From Chiloscyllium plagiosum (lineage: Eukaryota), in contig NC_057759.1 of NCBI RefSeq assembly GCF_004010195.1, positions 4,737,661 to 4,801,660 on the forward strand: DNA of 64,000 bases. The letters are read 5' to 3'. This document shows, piece after piece, positions 13,230 through 26,999 of the stretch (position 1 is the stretch's first letter; every line of letters begins with the position of its first letter). The notes below the pieces were generated by a model that saw nothing but the letters and a program-made list of their open reading frames with translations, was not told the DNA's origin and did no database searches. The position numbers and the translations under genes were made by a program.

Positions 13230-14415
13230 TTGTCCAATAGTGTTGATGGGCTGAATGGCTTTCCCATATTCTTGTGAAACCAGTCTGAGGTGCTGAATGA
13301 TCTGCACCGATTACTGTGGAAATATGCAGTGTTTAGCACCAGTGAATTGTGCGTGTTACCCACACTTTAAAAGCACGAACTTGAACGTTGTCCAGGTCTT
13401 GTTGCACATAGACACAGGCTGTTTCAGGAGCTGACAAATTGTTCTGAACATTATGTGATAGTTACTGAGAATCCGCACTTCTGATCGTTTGTGAATTCAA
13501 TGTGCTGATGGCCTGCTTCCACGCTACAGAGAATCTATGGAGACAAACTGGAGATGCCTAGGCTAATGAAGGTACCCTGAGGGTCTCGTACAGTATGTCC
13601 CACGGCTGAGATAAACATCATCTCCTGTGCTATGAATGACTCTAACCAGGAGAGAGTTCACAATCGATTCTCATGACTGAAATTTTGCTCGGGCTCATTG
13701 ATGTCATCCTCGGTTAAATACTGACTTGCATTCTTATCCGAACCCGTGTGTTACCACTTTTGTTAATATGAAGAGGTAATGGTGTAGGAGCAGGAGGTGG
13801 TTTCTCCAAAGGAAGAGTAGTGAAGGTCATGAATTCGCTTTTCCAAAGAGTTAGAAAAGCTAGATCACTGGAAGTATGAAAACCTTAAGACCGTAAGACA
13901 AAGGGACAGAAATTCATCCATAAGACAAAGGGACAAAATTCGTACATTCTGCCCACTGAGTCTACTCCACTATTGAATCATAGCTGATAAGTTTCAGAAC
14001 GTCATTCTTCCACCTGCTCCCCATTACCCCTAATCCTCTTGACAATTTAAAGATGAATAGACTTTTGACCTGTCAGAGATTTGCAGGCCATTGAGATTTG
14101 GACTTCATAGTGGTTTTGAGACTTCTGCAGACCAACCGTGACCTTAGTGAAGGGCAAGGCAGGATTTGGGGCGGGAGTGGGTGAGGTGAACGACGTGTTG
14201 CTGTTTTTGATGTTCTTACATTCTGTTATTGGAAAGTTAGTGAATGTTATTTACTTGGATGTTCTGCTTTTGAATGTTGCAGTCAGGGATATGAGACTAT
14301 TTTGTGAACCACCTCTGGGGTTGATATTCATAGTGATTGTAGATCTAAAACATGACCAGCAAATTAAGCAAAAGGCACAGAACGTAGAGTCTCTGTAAAG
14401 AGAGATGAGGGGCTT
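13230..14415 (+). repeat. Old segmental duplication, copy 1 (paralog of ~41520-42920)
   Basis: Collinear shared anchors: GGGCTGAATGGCTT, GAGGTGCTGAATG, GCACATAGA, GCTAGATCACTG, TTTTGACCTGTCAGAGA, CTGTTATTGGAAAGTT, TGAATGTTGCAGTCAGG, TCTCTGTAAAGAGA. Confidence 0.75.
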
Positions 14416-14789
14416 CGTTTCCAATTACATTTTTAAAAAACTAACCCAAACCGTGTGTAAGAGCTTTGAGGGGCTGAATGGTCTCCTCTGTTTCTGAGTA
14501 ACAGGTTATATGAGTAAACATGTTTGAGGGGTTGAATAGAATATAAGAACATAGGACTAAGGAGCAGGACTGGGCCATTCGACACTTTGAACATTTTGAC
14601 ACTTTCACCAAGCAGTGAGTTTGTGGCAGATCAGGTTGTGGTCTCCACCACACTTTTCTGTCTGTCTAATTATCTGTGACCCACTTCTCTCAGACATACT
14701 TAACTAACTCAGTTTTAATAGATGTAAACAGAGGCACCACAAATTTCTGGGGAAGAGAATTCCCTCTCTAAAAGCCTGTCCAGGATTTT

Positions 14790-16125
14790 TCCTCACATCT
14801 CTTATTGAGTCATACAGCACGGCACTTGTCCACAGTGACTGGACATCCCAATCTGATCTGATATCACTTGCCAGCAATAGGGTCATATCACTCTAAATCA
14901 TTCCTATTAAAATGTACATCGAGATGCTTTTTATTTATTGGAGCCAGAATCCATCACTTTCTCAGGGAGCTCGTTCTTTACACACAGCACTCTCTGCATG
15001 AAAATATTGCCCCTAAATTAACTTTGAAATCTTTTCCTTCTCACCTTAAAACTTTGCACTCCAGTTTTTGATTCCCCAGTGCATGGAAAAATGCCTTGGT
15101 TATTCATACTATCCATGCCGCTCATGATTTTATAAACCTCTGTAATGTCCTCCCTCAGCCATTCCATAGTAAAAAGTACCAGGTTGTCCAGCCTCTCGCG
15201 GTAGACCAAACCCTCCCATCCTGGCAAAATCCTTGTAAATCTTTTCTTCACCCTCGAATGTTTAACAAGGTCCTTCCTGTAGCAGAGTGAACCGAGCTGA
15301 ACGCAGTATTTTAAATGTGGCCTCACCAACGTCCATGACGTCCTAACTCCCATTCTCAATGCACTGATCAATAAAGACAAGCATATCAAGTGCCTTCTTC
15401 ATCACCCTATCTACCTGCAACTCCACTTTCAAGTAACTACGGCCCTACACCCCTTTGATAAACAGCATTCCCAAGCCTGCCCTCCCCATTCACTGCATAA
15501 GTTCTGCACTGCTTTATCTTACCAAAATGCAATACTACATTTTTATTTAAACTAAATTTCATCTGCCGCTCCTCGGCCCATTGGCCCATCTGATGAAGGT
15601 CCCATCCTACTCTGAGATAATTTTCAGCACTACATCGCAAATGTTGATGTCATCTGCAAACCTACAGGCATATATTCGCATCCAAATGATTCATATATAT
15701 GATGAAAAGCAGTATACTCAGCACTGATCTTTGCGGCACACTGCTGGTGACAGGCCTTCAGTCTGAAACACAACCCTTTATGCTCACAATCTGACTGCTA
15801 GCTTCAATCCAATATTGAATTCAATTGGCTAGCTCTACTTGGATACATTTATGACCTAACCTGACTAACTTGCCTGCTATCTGGAATCTTGTTGAACGCC
15901 TTGCTGAAGTCTATTTGGACAAATTCTGCTGCACTACTTTCGTCAATCTTTTTTGGCATCACTTAAAAAAACACAATCAAGATAGTGAGACATGATTTCC
16001 CATATACAGAGCCGTGTTCATGATGCCTAATCAGTCTTGCCTTTGCAAATACATGTAAACCAATCCTTTCAAATCCTTTCCAACAACTTACCCAGTACTT
16101 ATGTCAGGATCACCAGTCTATAGTT
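14790..16125 (-). mobile_element. CR1 LINE 3' part (RT C-terminus and 3' UTR)
   Basis: ORFs 15018..15389 (LVRPHLKYCVQLGS..RFTRILPG) and 15437..15640. Confidence 0.85.
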
Positions 16126-16226
16126 CGAGTCATAATTTTCTATCCTCGTTGCATTCTCCACTGGTTATAGCAAATGTTTAATTGAAACAGTTTGGTGATA
16201 ACAGACCTCAGACTTGTCAGGGTCAA

Positions 16227-16976
16227 TGTTATGAACAAGTCAGGCAGGTTTTTTAATCTGTTAAAATTAACAGATTTATGGCCAAAACAAAGTTATTCAA
16301 ACTGTGATGGAAAGAAGAATGATAAACAGTTTGGATATTGGAAATATGTCCACTAATGTTTCACTTTCTAAAAATACTGATACATGCGCACACTTGATGA
16401 CAAACTGAAAAATAAAGTCTTGATTTTAAAAAGTATGACCAAATATTAATTGAGATCATGGCAAAGGAAAATTGAGAGATTGCATCAAACACTATTCAGC
16501 TTATCCAGTTAATGTTTTCTTATAAGCTGCTGGTGATGGGATTTCTTCCTGAAACAGTTAGAATCGCCTGAATTCGCTCTGCATTAGGCAGTGGGGAAAT
16601 TCCATTGAATCCTCATCAGGAATCATCTACGAGTAGTAAAACTGACTGAGGGGTTTTCAACTCACACATATTGCTGTGAGGAGAACAAGGAAACAGAGAG
16701 GGAACAATAGGCCGGCCCTTCTCGGAAGTATTACATTGTCTCCCTCTTGAGTCGAATCACTCAATGCTATCTGAAGCCAAACTGCACCGTGCAAGGTCTC
16801 CATTAACGTTGTCCAACAAGTGTTACTCTATCACACCCCCTGCACCATGTAAGTACATCATTGCTGCTGTCATACCCGGAGCTATTTCTTTCATAACTAA
16901 TGACCCCACTTGATTTGAAGGTGCATTTATATGTACCTGTGCAATTTAAAAATAAAAAAAGTTTCATATATTCACA
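16227..16976 (-). mobile_element. Possible solo LTR
   Basis: TGTTATG...TTCACA termini; start resembles the LTR at 61002; no clear TSD. Confidence 0.3.
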
Positions 16977-17744
16977 ATATCTGTTTTTAACGATTGTGTC
17001 TCATTCTTTAATGACTTCCCCAGTTTTATTCTCCACAGAAGAAAACCATCTATCAGTTAGTCACCAGTTATAATGTCGACGAAATGTTTTATGGTCAATG
17101 AGGACATCTCTTATTCTCAGGGCTAAACTGTGAATCTTTCAGAGCATAATGTATTTTGAGCTCCAATCAATTCAAGCCCTTATTCTGAGTCATTAATCTA
17201 GATTGTAAATTGTTGATGACTGCACACTGATCCTTGAGGAATTGCACGAAGTACAGCATTCCAACCTTGAAATCAGTAATTTTCTCTACTCGGTCTTCCC
17301 TGCTGGCTAACCTCAGCTCCCCGTTCCTGAAGTTGTAGCCTGGAAAGTTTTCATGGACTCCTGCTATGATGTTTTGCTGGTTGTCGAAATGTTTCTGCTG
17401 TCAGATCATCGGGTGGATGTCGTACTGCCAATTATCATGATCCCTGAGAGTTTAAAAGACGAGCACAACATATAGACTAACATTTGAGTAGACCGCTGCA
17501 CGGTCCAAAATGCTGTCTTTCAGATGCAGTAAAACATCTTGTCTTCCCTCAAAATCAAGTTCTACGTTTTCCACGAACATGTGTTCAGGAGGAGGGGAGA
17601 TTTCCTATCAGCCTGGTGAAGATGTGTTTTTTTTAACAACAACACCAATACAGATAATCGTCGTCATTAATTTGTTTTTTGGCTGTGGATGTTGTGTGGA
17701 AAAATTGCCGCAGTCCCTACACATTGAAATAAAAAGAAGTTGTC

Positions 17745-19575
17745 TTTGAGTGGTGACCTTATAAAGGTTTAGAAACTCATGAAGGACATAGATAGAGTAA
17801 ATAAGCAAGTTCTTTTCCTCAGAGTGGGAAAGGCCAAATCCAGGGGATATTGGTTTAAAGTGAGAGGGAAAAGCTTTAAAAGAGACCTAGTGGACAACTT
17901 CTTTTCCTGCAGAGGATTGTGTATGTACAAAATGAGCTGTCAGAGGAATTGGTGGAGTCAGATACAATTACAACAAAAACAGTTCTTCGTCCAAATACAC
18001 AGAACAGCATTGGGCCCACATCTACACCCCAATATGCCAACATAATCGTACACAAGTTCATTGCTGCACAGGGACTCCAAACAGCACTGTGCAACAGATA
18101 TAATGGCAACATTTTCTTCCTCTTAATCAATGGCGAGGAGTTACTAAAACAACTACACAGTGATATCAAGATATTTCATCCTATCATCAGATTTGCCATG
18201 CACTACTCTTTAGCATAGAGTAAATAGGCAAAGTATTTTCCCTGGGGTCGGGGAGTCCTGAACTAGAGGGCATAGGTTTAGGATGAGAGGGGAAAGATAT
18301 AAAAGAGATCTAAGGGGCAACCTTTTCACGCCGAGGGTGGTACGCGTACGGATTAGCTGTTAGAGGAAGAAGTGGAGGCTGGTACAATTGCAACATTTAA
18401 GAGACATTTGGATGGGTATATGAGTAGGAAGGTCTGGAGGGATATGTGCCGGGTGCTGGTAGGTGGGACTAGATGGGGTTGGCATATCTGGTCGGCATGG
18501 ACGGGTTGGACCGAAGGGTATGTTTCCTTGTTGCACATCTCCCTGACTGTCTGACTTTATATCAACTGTAGGGAAATAGATGGTGACACCTTGCAATATG
18601 TTCATATTACAGAGGAGGAAGTGCTGGATGTCTTGAAACACATAAAGGTGGATAGATCCCCAGGATCAGGTGTACCCTAGAACTCTGTGGGAAGCTAGAG
18701 AAGTGATTGCTGAGATATTTGTAACATTGCTAGTCACAGGTGAGGTGTCGGAAAACTGGAGGTTGGCTAACGTGGTGCCACTGTATAAGAAGGGTGTTAA
18801 GGATAAGCCAGGGAACTATAGACCAGTGAGCCTGACCTCGGTGGTGGACAAGTTGTTGGAGGGAATCCTAAGGAACAGGATGTACATGTATTTGAAAAGG
18901 CAAGGACTGATTAGGGATAATCAATACGGTTTGTGCGTGGGAAATCATGTCTCCCAAACATGATTGAGATTTTTGAAGAAGGAACAAAGAGGATTGATGA
19001 GGGCAGAGCGGTAGATGTGATCTATATGGACTTCAGTAAGGAGTTCGACAAGGTTTCCTATGGGAGACTGGTTAGCAAGGTTAGATCTCACAGAATGCAG
19101 GGAAAACTAGCCATATGGATACAGAACTGGCTCAAAGGCAGAAGACACAGGGTGATGGTAGAGGGTTATTTTGCAGACTAGAGGCCTATGGCCAGTGGAG
19201 TTCCACAAGGATCGGTGCTGGATCCTTTACTTTTTGTTATTTACATAAACATTTTAGATGTGAGCATAAGATATACAGTTAGTGAGTTTGCAAATGACAC
19301 CACAGTTGCAGGTGTAGTGGACAGCGAAGAAGGTGATCTCAGATTACAACAGGATCTTGATCAGATGGGCCAATGGGCTAAGAATGGCAGATGGCGTTTA
19401 ATTTGAATAATTGTGAGGTGTTGCATTTTTGGGAAAGCAAATCTTAGCAGGACTTATAGATTTAATGGTAATGTCCTGGGGAGTGTTGCTGAACAAAGAG
19501 ATCTTTGAATGCAGGTTCTTAGCTCCTTGAAAGTGAACTCGCAGCTAGATAGGATAGTGAAGGCGGCGTTTGGTA
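17745..19575 (+). mobile_element. Mosaic of CR1 fragments (two 3' ends and an RT segment at 18560-19575)
   Basis: ORFs 18670..18963 (NWRLANVVPLYKKG..PGNYRPVSLTS), 18933..19181 (MDFSKEFDKV) and 19188..19406 (SGVPQGSVL..FAND). Confidence 0.85.
17975..18210 (+). mobile_element. Penelope-like RT core fragment
   Basis: FFVQIHRTALG then PQYANI..LCNRYNGNIFFL..IKIFHPIIRF, a decayed form of the G.AMG / RYIDDIF / FHP.I.F motifs of Penelope RT. Confidence 0.7.
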
Positions 19576-19838
19576 TGCCCACCAACTTGTCCACCACCGA
19601 TGTCAGGAACACCAGTCTATTGTCGCCTGGTTTTTCCTTCTCCGTTTGTTTAAAAATGGCACAATATTAGTAAACCTAATGTCTTCCAGCTCCTCCTCTA
19701 TGGCATCGTTTGGTCAAAACATCTTTGGAAAGGACCCAGCAATCTGTCCACAGCTTTCCAGAGAGTTCTTGCGTACACTGATCAGGCCAAAACGGCACAT
19801 TCTTTAACATAGCATGTGGTTCGCATATGGGATGAAAT

Positions 19839-20635
19839 ATGCAGTACACCAGAACTGCAAAAAGAAGAAGAGGAACACCTATACAAGGTATTCGCCAAAA
19901 ACGGATACCCCCACAACTTCATCAACAGATGCCTAAGAGAAAGACCACGGAACGAGGACATACCACAACCAAAAGGACTAGCCACACTACCATACATCAG
20001 GAGCATCTCAGAACTGAGAGCCAGACTACTGCGACTCCTAGGACTCATAACGGCACACAAACCAACAGCCACGCTCAGACAACAACTCACCAGAATGAAG
20101 GACCCGATACCCAACATGAGCAAGACGAATGTAGTGTACAAAATACCACGCAAGGACTGAACTAAACACTATGTAGGACAAACAGGAAGACAGCTAACAA
20201 TCCGCATACATGAACATCAACTAGCCACGAAACGACACGACCAGCTATCCTTAGTAGCCACACCCACAGACAACAAGCAACATGAATTCGACTGGGACAA
20301 CACTACTATCATAGGGCAAGCCAGACAGAGAACAGCCAGTGAATTCCTAGAGGCATGGCATTCATCCACAAACTCCATCAACAAACATATCGACCTGGAC
20401 CCAATATACCAACCACTACAGCGGACAGCTGAAACTGACAACCGGAAGCGGCAGGGACAGACCACTTTCAACACCGGAGGAAACATCAAAGAAGCGCTTC
20501 GCAGGAGGCTCCCAAGCACTGATGATGTCGCCTAGCCAGTGGACGAAACGTTTGCAACAAAAACTTCCAGCTTCGCGAACAGAACCACAGCAACGAGCAC
20601 CCGAGCTACAAATCTTCGCACAAACTTTGAACAAT
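19839..20635 (+). mobile_element. 5'-truncated Penelope-like element (family C, Poseidon-like) with GIY-YIG and pLTR
   Basis: FAKNGYP..LPYI..NVVYKIP..*TKHYVGQTGRQLTIRIHEH..FLEAWH; 13-bp TSD TA(T/C)GGGATGAAAT at 19826-19838 and 20636-20648, inside a CR1 3' end. Confidence 0.9.
20516..20555 (+). ncRNA. Minimal hammerhead ribozyme motif in Penelope pLTR
   Basis: GCA-CUGAUGA-U-GUC..GAC-GAAAC-GUU-UGC. Confidence 0.7.
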
Positions 20636-21602
20636 TACGGGATGAAATCCCTGAGGGTATAATGGATATGGGTAAAGTTACAACGTTTAAAAGACATTTG
20701 ATTAAGTCCAAGAATAATAGAAAGTTTAGAAAAACATGGGCCAAATGCAGGCAGGTGGAACTGGTTTAGTTTCAGATGATGGTCAGCATGGGCTGATAGG
20801 TCTGTTGCCAAAAAACGTGTATAACTCTATGACTCTATGTGTGTTTGTTTGTCCAAGTACGTGCCTGCATAGTTCAGTCCCTGTTTGTCTCTTTCCATGT
20901 ATATGTGTGTATGTGAGTTTGTGTGTGTGCCCCTCTGTGTGTACGTAATTCTCAGTGCATGCTATGCTATTCCTGCATTAGTGTGTATATGTATGTTTGT
21001 ATCTCTGTCTCTGCAATGGAAACCCGTTTTGTTTCTGGGTGAATCATTAAAATGGAGATCAAAGCCTCGTTCCCTCCCTGTCCCTCTCCCTCTCCCTCTG
21101 TCTGTCCCCTTTTGTTTAAAATAATACAATTATACAATCTACTGGTCTGTTTTAGGACTTTTCAATCGTTTCTCACATGCATGAGTATTTTAAGAGTAAT
21201 TCACTAAACCTGGCAAGTTATGGAAAGTGCAATAAAATTCATCTCATCTCTTTACAAAATGGTTCATTCGGTCTTGCTTGGATATAAGTGCAACAGAAAC
21301 GCTGTTTAATGTGTATAATATGTGCCAGGAATACTGCCCAAAGACAAATCATTTCCACATTGCAGAGGGAGCACAGACATTTCACAAAATGTGCAAGTTC
21401 TGCTCTGAGGGCCTCAGTACTACGCCAATCCTCGCCACTCCAAGTGTGTGTGTGTGTGTGTGTATGTGCGCACAAACGCGCGTGTGTTGATGGTGTTGTC
21501 AGCTGGATGGTGCTGTCAGCTGCCGCCGTCCCTATTGCCCTCCCGAATGGTTTTCACCCTCTGCCACAAACGCTTGAACAGTTGCGAGGGGAGCCCAGCA
21601 AA

Positions 21603-21900
21603 GGGCGGCACGGTGGCACAGTGGTTAGCACAGCGCCAGAGACCATGGTTCAATTCCCGCCTCAGGCGACTGACTGTGTGGGGTTTGCACGTTCTCCCTG
21701 TGTCTGCGTGGGTTTCCTCCGGGTGCTCCGGTTTCCTCCCACAGTCCAAAGATGTGCAGGTCAGGTGAATTGGCCATGCTAAATTGCCCGTAGTGTTAGG
21801 TTAGGGGAAAATGTAGGAGTATGGGTGGGTTACGCTTCGGCGGGGCGGTGTGGACTTGTTGGGCCGAAGGGCCTGTTTCCACTTTGTAATTAATCTAATC
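21603..21900 (+). mobile_element. tRNA-derived SINE (elasmobranch HE1-like)
   Basis: A box TGGCACAGTGG, B box GGTTCAATTCCC, conserved core CTCCCACAGTCCAAAGATGTGCAGG, TAATC tail; further copies at 34165, 42496, 63265. Confidence 0.85.
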
Positions 21901-22956
21901 AAAGACTGACAACAGAAAGCTCAAAAGGTCTGGTAGCATCTGTTGAGAGAAATGGAAGTTAACATTCTGCGTCGAGAGAGTGTTCCTCAGAACTCATATC
22001 AGGGGGATATTACATCATTTTAAACACACCAGAGACTGCCAACAGGCCCCATACATATACACGCAAAGACAACACACGAATCCAGAGACATAGAGATATT
22101 CACTAATACACCGACACTGATGCAGACATGTAGAATCTGTCAGTTTTTCCCTTGCTGCATGGTGAGCTTTTGAATATTTCAGTCGCTCTGTGTGGTGCTA
22201 TGTCAGTATTTCAGTATGTCCTTGGAGAATGTATCAGCATTGCACTTTCTCACACTAATAGTTTTGTCAGTATTTCTGTGTCGAGCGTGACTGTAGTGTA
22301 ATTGCAATGTTGATAGATACCAAACCTGAAAGAATTGTAATGTGAATGGACGACAGTGTGGAACTCCATCAGAACAGCAACAAGTTAACGTAGCGTACAT
22401 GTATATGGCAGATGAGGATCAATACAGAACAGTGTGAGATGATGTTTATTGGTAGCAAGAACAATGAAAGACAATATAAACAAACCGCACCGTTATAAAG
22501 GTGCTGCAGGAGATGAGAGCGCTGGGTGTATATTAGCACAGATTATTGAAGATATCAGGGCTAATAGGGAGATTAATACATATCGTGGATCAGTTTTAGT
22601 ATCTGTGCTGTTTACTGGAAGATATGCAGAAGGGACCCTCCATACACCGTTCTTGCGAGGTGGTGGAGACCGAGACCATGGAGACTTCATTTACACCAGT
22701 TCGATACAAAGGGAGATGGCATTAGGTCAACGGCTTCTAAATTGTGCCACAAGGAAACGGAACTGACAGTGGGTTTAAAGTCAGAATAGTTCTTCACTAA
22801 ATATTGCTCCTTACTTGGTTTCTTAGTTAAAGTAGACGTTGGGAAATTGTTTCCATTGAAAGGAGTGTCTCGGTCCCGGAAGGCTTTGAGTAAAGGGAAG
22901 TGTTTTTAGAACGGTGGGCGGCACGGTGGCACAGTGGCACAGTGGTAAGCACTGCT

Positions 22957-23456
22957 NNNNNNNNNNNNNNNNNNNNNNNNNNNNNNNNNNNNNNNNNNNN
23001 NNNNNNNNNNNNNNNNNNNNNNNNNNNNNNNNNNNNNNNNNNNNNNNNNNNNNNNNNNNNNNNNNNNNNNNNNNNNNNNNNNNNNNNNNNNNNNNNNNNN
23101 NNNNNNNNNNNNNNNNNNNNNNNNNNNNNNNNNNNNNNNNNNNNNNNNNNNNNNNNNNNNNNNNNNNNNNNNNNNNNNNNNNNNNNNNNNNNNNNNNNNN
23201 NNNNNNNNNNNNNNNNNNNNNNNNNNNNNNNNNNNNNNNNNNNNNNNNNNNNNNNNNNNNNNNNNNNNNNNNNNNNNNNNNNNNNNNNNNNNNNNNNNNN
23301 NNNNNNNNNNNNNNNNNNNNNNNNNNNNNNNNNNNNNNNNNNNNNNNNNNNNNNNNNNNNNNNNNNNNNNNNNNNNNNNNNNNNNNNNNNNNNNNNNNNN
23401 NNNNNNNNNNNNNNNNNNNNNNNNNNNNNNNNNNNNNNNNNNNNNNNNNNNNNNNN
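22957..23456. other. Assembly gap (500 N), preceded by a SINE head at ~22917-22956
   Basis: N run. Confidence 0.99.
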
Positions 23457-23789
23457 GTAAAGAATGCGAGATGATTAGTTAAACTCAGGGTCCGGTCACA
23501 GATAAGGGGGAAGCATATGTCAGGGAGAGAGCAGGAACAGAGTTTTTTTCAATATCCATTCACGGGATGAAGGTGTCGCTGGCTAAACCAGCCTTCATTG
23601 CCCATCCCTAACAGCCTAGAGGGCAGTTGAGGGTGAGTCGGATTGCTTTGGATCCGGAGTCACATATAGGTCGGTCCTGGTAGGGATGGCAGCTTGCTTC
23701 CTCACAGAAGGTTAGTGAACCAGTTGGGTTTTCTGAATTAGAAAGTGGAATCATGATCATCATTATACTCTTAATTCCTGATTGAAAGT

Positions 23790-24480
23790 GAAACCGTAGA
23801 AGTATCTAAAGACAGTTGGAGTGCACCTATGAAGAAAATCGGGTGCCAAAAATGTGACATGAGGTAGCATTGGCAAATAAAGTTATGGAGAAACCAAAAG
23901 AATTCTGCATATACATTAAGGACAAAAGAATAGCTCTGGAGAGAATATACTCCCTTCAAGATCAGCAACGTTGCCGATGTGCAAAACTACAGGACATGGA
24001 GAAGTTACCAAACAAGGATTTTTTTTACTGTACTGGAGGATATGGATGTTTGAGAACTTGGTAAATAAATAATGACATCTTGAAAAGTATCTGTATTAGA
24101 GAGGAGGAGACGCTGGTGGTCTTAAAATGTATAAAGTTGGTGAACTGATCAGACATATCCTAGAACTCTGTGGGAAGCTAGTGAAGTGATTTCTGAGCCC
24201 CTTGCTGAGATATTGTTTGATTGACACCCACAGGTGAGATCCCAGAAGACTGGAGGTTGGATAAAGTGTAGCCATTGTTTAAAGAATTTAAGAAATGTGG
24301 TAAGGAAAATTGTGGGTACTATATCCTGGTGAACCTGACGTCAGTGGAGGGCAACTTGTTGGAGGGGATTGTGAGGCACAGGATTTACATGTATTTGTAA
24401 AATCAAGGACTGATTAGCGACAGCCAACGTGGCGTTGCACGTGCAAAATCATATCTCACTAACTTGATTGAGTTTTTTTT
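23790..24480 (+). mobile_element. Decayed CR1 ORF2 fragment
   Basis: LANKVMEKPKEFCIYIKDKR; collinear with the CR1 segment at 18560-18960. Confidence 0.75.
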
Positions 24481-24484
24481 CGAG

Positions 24485-24580
24485 AAGTCAAAACGTGTGG
24501 TGCTAGAAAAAGCACAGCAGTTCAGGCATCATCCAAGGAGAAGGAAATTCGATGTTTCGGGCATGAGCCTTTCATCAGGG
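24485..24580 (-). mobile_element. Penelope family A pLTR fragment with hammerhead core
   Basis: Minus strand CUGAUGA-AAGGC-UCAU-GCCC-GAAAC-AUC at 24551-24578; matches the arm at 6530-6620. Confidence 0.65.
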
Positions 24581-25039
24581 ATTGCTGATAAAGCAGTACG
24601 TATTTTTACCCTTATTTATGGTCTCTAGAAATTTCTCTACGAGATGCTGCATGCAGCTGTTTGTTATTTTATCCCTGTCTCCTTTTACAAACTAAGTGGA
24701 ATGTAAACAACCCTGCATTGTTCTGGAGCTCATACAACACAGAAAGAGGAAAGATTACAAGAATTGTAAGATTAATGCTCCATCTCTCAGCAACTCTCAC
24801 ACATTCAATGCAGAGCGAGTAAATGTTTCCTTTTATTTTGATATGATAAAAGATACAAGGAAGGGGTTAACTGAACATGTTCAGCGACTATCATTAATGT
24901 CAATCTCTATGGATTTTACTTACCCCAGTGGAGGGTCTCCATCTTTTAATGATAAATTGGCTACACTCAATGATGTATCCCATAATATATGCGGAAGCAT
25001 CACTGACAGCATCAATTGGTCTAGAGAGAGGGTGTGGAG

Positions 25040-25214
25040 AAATCAGAATCTAAGAACATTAAACTGGAACATTGCAACAATGGGCACGGTTAATCCATTT
25101 GTGTTTGAGGGACTTCTGTATACTGTTAGTTGCCATTATTATTGTTGATCTATTTTCTACCTTCGATTACTTAATATCTTTACAATTGTGTCCTGGCTAT
25201 CCTTGGTGTTCCTG
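25040..25214 (+). pseudogene. Decayed first coding exon of a GPR139-like GPCR
   Basis: Ends in Y-L-Y-N-C-V-L-A-I-L-G-V-P-G|GTAAGT (phase-1 donor at 25215), matching the family TM1 start YYPxLAxxGVP; in-frame TAA at 25172-25174 and a frameshift relative to the upstream NQNLRTLNWNIATM segment. Confidence 0.65.
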
Positions 25215-25869
25215 GTAAGTCTTATTGTCCAGTAAGTATTTGTGTTTAAAAAAGGTATCACTATATTGTTGTTCTTTTCTTTTACTCTGCATTCCTTGCC
25301 ACCATTGTTCCTGCTGTGACTCTGAATCTGGCTATTCAGTGCACAAACCACTACTAACTGCAACAATGAGCATGTTAATTCATTCTGTTCCTCTGCTTCT
25401 GACATTGTCCAACGTGCCATCTCTCTGTTGACCTACACAGTTCTAGCTGTGAACACTGATTAATTGTACCACTGTTTTTGTTATTTAAATATTGGGAGCA
25501 TGGTCACTGCCTTCTGGTTACAAACTCCGTTTCCTTTCTTTGACTCCATACCATTCCTGGCCAATATCTGATGCTGAGACAGAGGAATCACATCTGTGGG
25601 GATTCCTTTGGCCACGATCTGATTCTTGACAAAATACCCTGACCATTCCTAATTGTAACTACCATCCCCTCCAGAATATATTTCATTGGCTCATCCCATC
25701 TGTTATTTGAACCTTGAATTATGAACTACGGCCTTAATGATACCACTAATTCGCTCTTGACTCTCCCAGCTTCAAACCTGCAGAAGCAATTCTGAGTCGA
25801 AACTCCACGGCTCATGTCTGAACTTACACCTAAATCTCATCCATCTATCACACTTTGCACAATGATCTT

Positions 25870-26060
25870 CATTATAGAGATGCTAGAGTTGTACTGGAGT
25901 AGACAATGTCAAAAATCAAAATGTATTAGGTTACAGTTCTGATTGCAAGCTGTCGGAGTGCTAATCCTTTTTCCAAGCCTGAGGACGGAGCTCAACTCCG
26001 AAAGCTTGCAATCTTCAAATAAACCTTTTGGACTACAACCTGCTGTTGTTTGATCTTTAA
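25870..26060. mobile_element. Degraded palindromic Penelope family B-like hairpin
   Basis: CTGAGGA-C-GGAG-CTCAA-CTCC-GAAAGCTT at 25979-26007 with a decayed inverted arm to the left. Confidence 0.55.
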
Positions 26061-26999
26061 TGCCATCGATATTGCTATTGGGTCTGGCATCATCTTTGTT
26101 TTAATATTCTCAAGGACGTCATCACATCTGTCCATGAAATGTCCGTCTGTCTCTCTGTCAATTACACAAACCCCTTGTTAGTTGTTCATAATGAAACATG
26201 TTTCCTGTATCACTGTTCTATCTCAAAGAATGTTTTTTCACATCTAATACCGCGCACACACACACATTTCTGTAACTTGTAGTGGTGAAATGGAGATAGA
26301 AGGGAATAATTACTGGAGGCCCAACTTACTGTGACTCACAGTATGGGCTGTGAATTTTCCCATGGTATGTTATTATCTTGAAAAGCATAACACTAATATG
26401 CTGACAAAGGTTTGCAATACTCCTCATGCTAGGCCGACAGCCCAGTTTATGGAGCAATATACTAGAGTGGTCTATATAGCTCTCCAGACTGGGCTCTCCA
26501 TACTCCGTCTCCATTCATTGACCGTGGATATATGATGGTGATGAGGCAAATGCAATGTTTTCTCCTTCATCAGGGAGCTGCCAGGAATATCCTTCTCTTC
26601 CCAGAATAGCGGGATTCCCGGTGGTGTACATGGCTCTGCGGGGTCCACTGTCAACCGAGAGAAGTAGAGGAACTGAAGGAACTCTCTTCCCATTAGTGTT
26701 GCAGTATGACTATGCATAGTGCATCATGCTGGTGAATCATGTCCTGGTAGCAGCCACAGTCTCTTCATTCAGAATCAGACAGGCATTCCAATCATCTTCG
26801 GGTCTACATGTAGGAAGAAAATTTGGTAGGTTTGATAACGTCCACCGCTCCTCTTCAACACTCATCACAACTGACCAACTACATCAACATATCCCGTGCG
26901 TACTGAGAAAACTTTGGTCACTGTGAACATCAGGGAGCAGACCATCAGGGAGATGGACCAACACTTCTGATGACTGAACTGGTCAGAGTGAATCCGACA

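Noticed and set aside
21603..21680. tRNA-like A/B boxes
   Set aside because: SINE heads, not tRNA genes; followed by the SINE core in all complete copies
22900..23474. Long ORFs of X residues (also 47361-48300)
   Set aside because: Artifacts of N gaps
26330..26990. Possible additional decayed retroelement or exon
   Set aside because: Could not assign any motif with confidence
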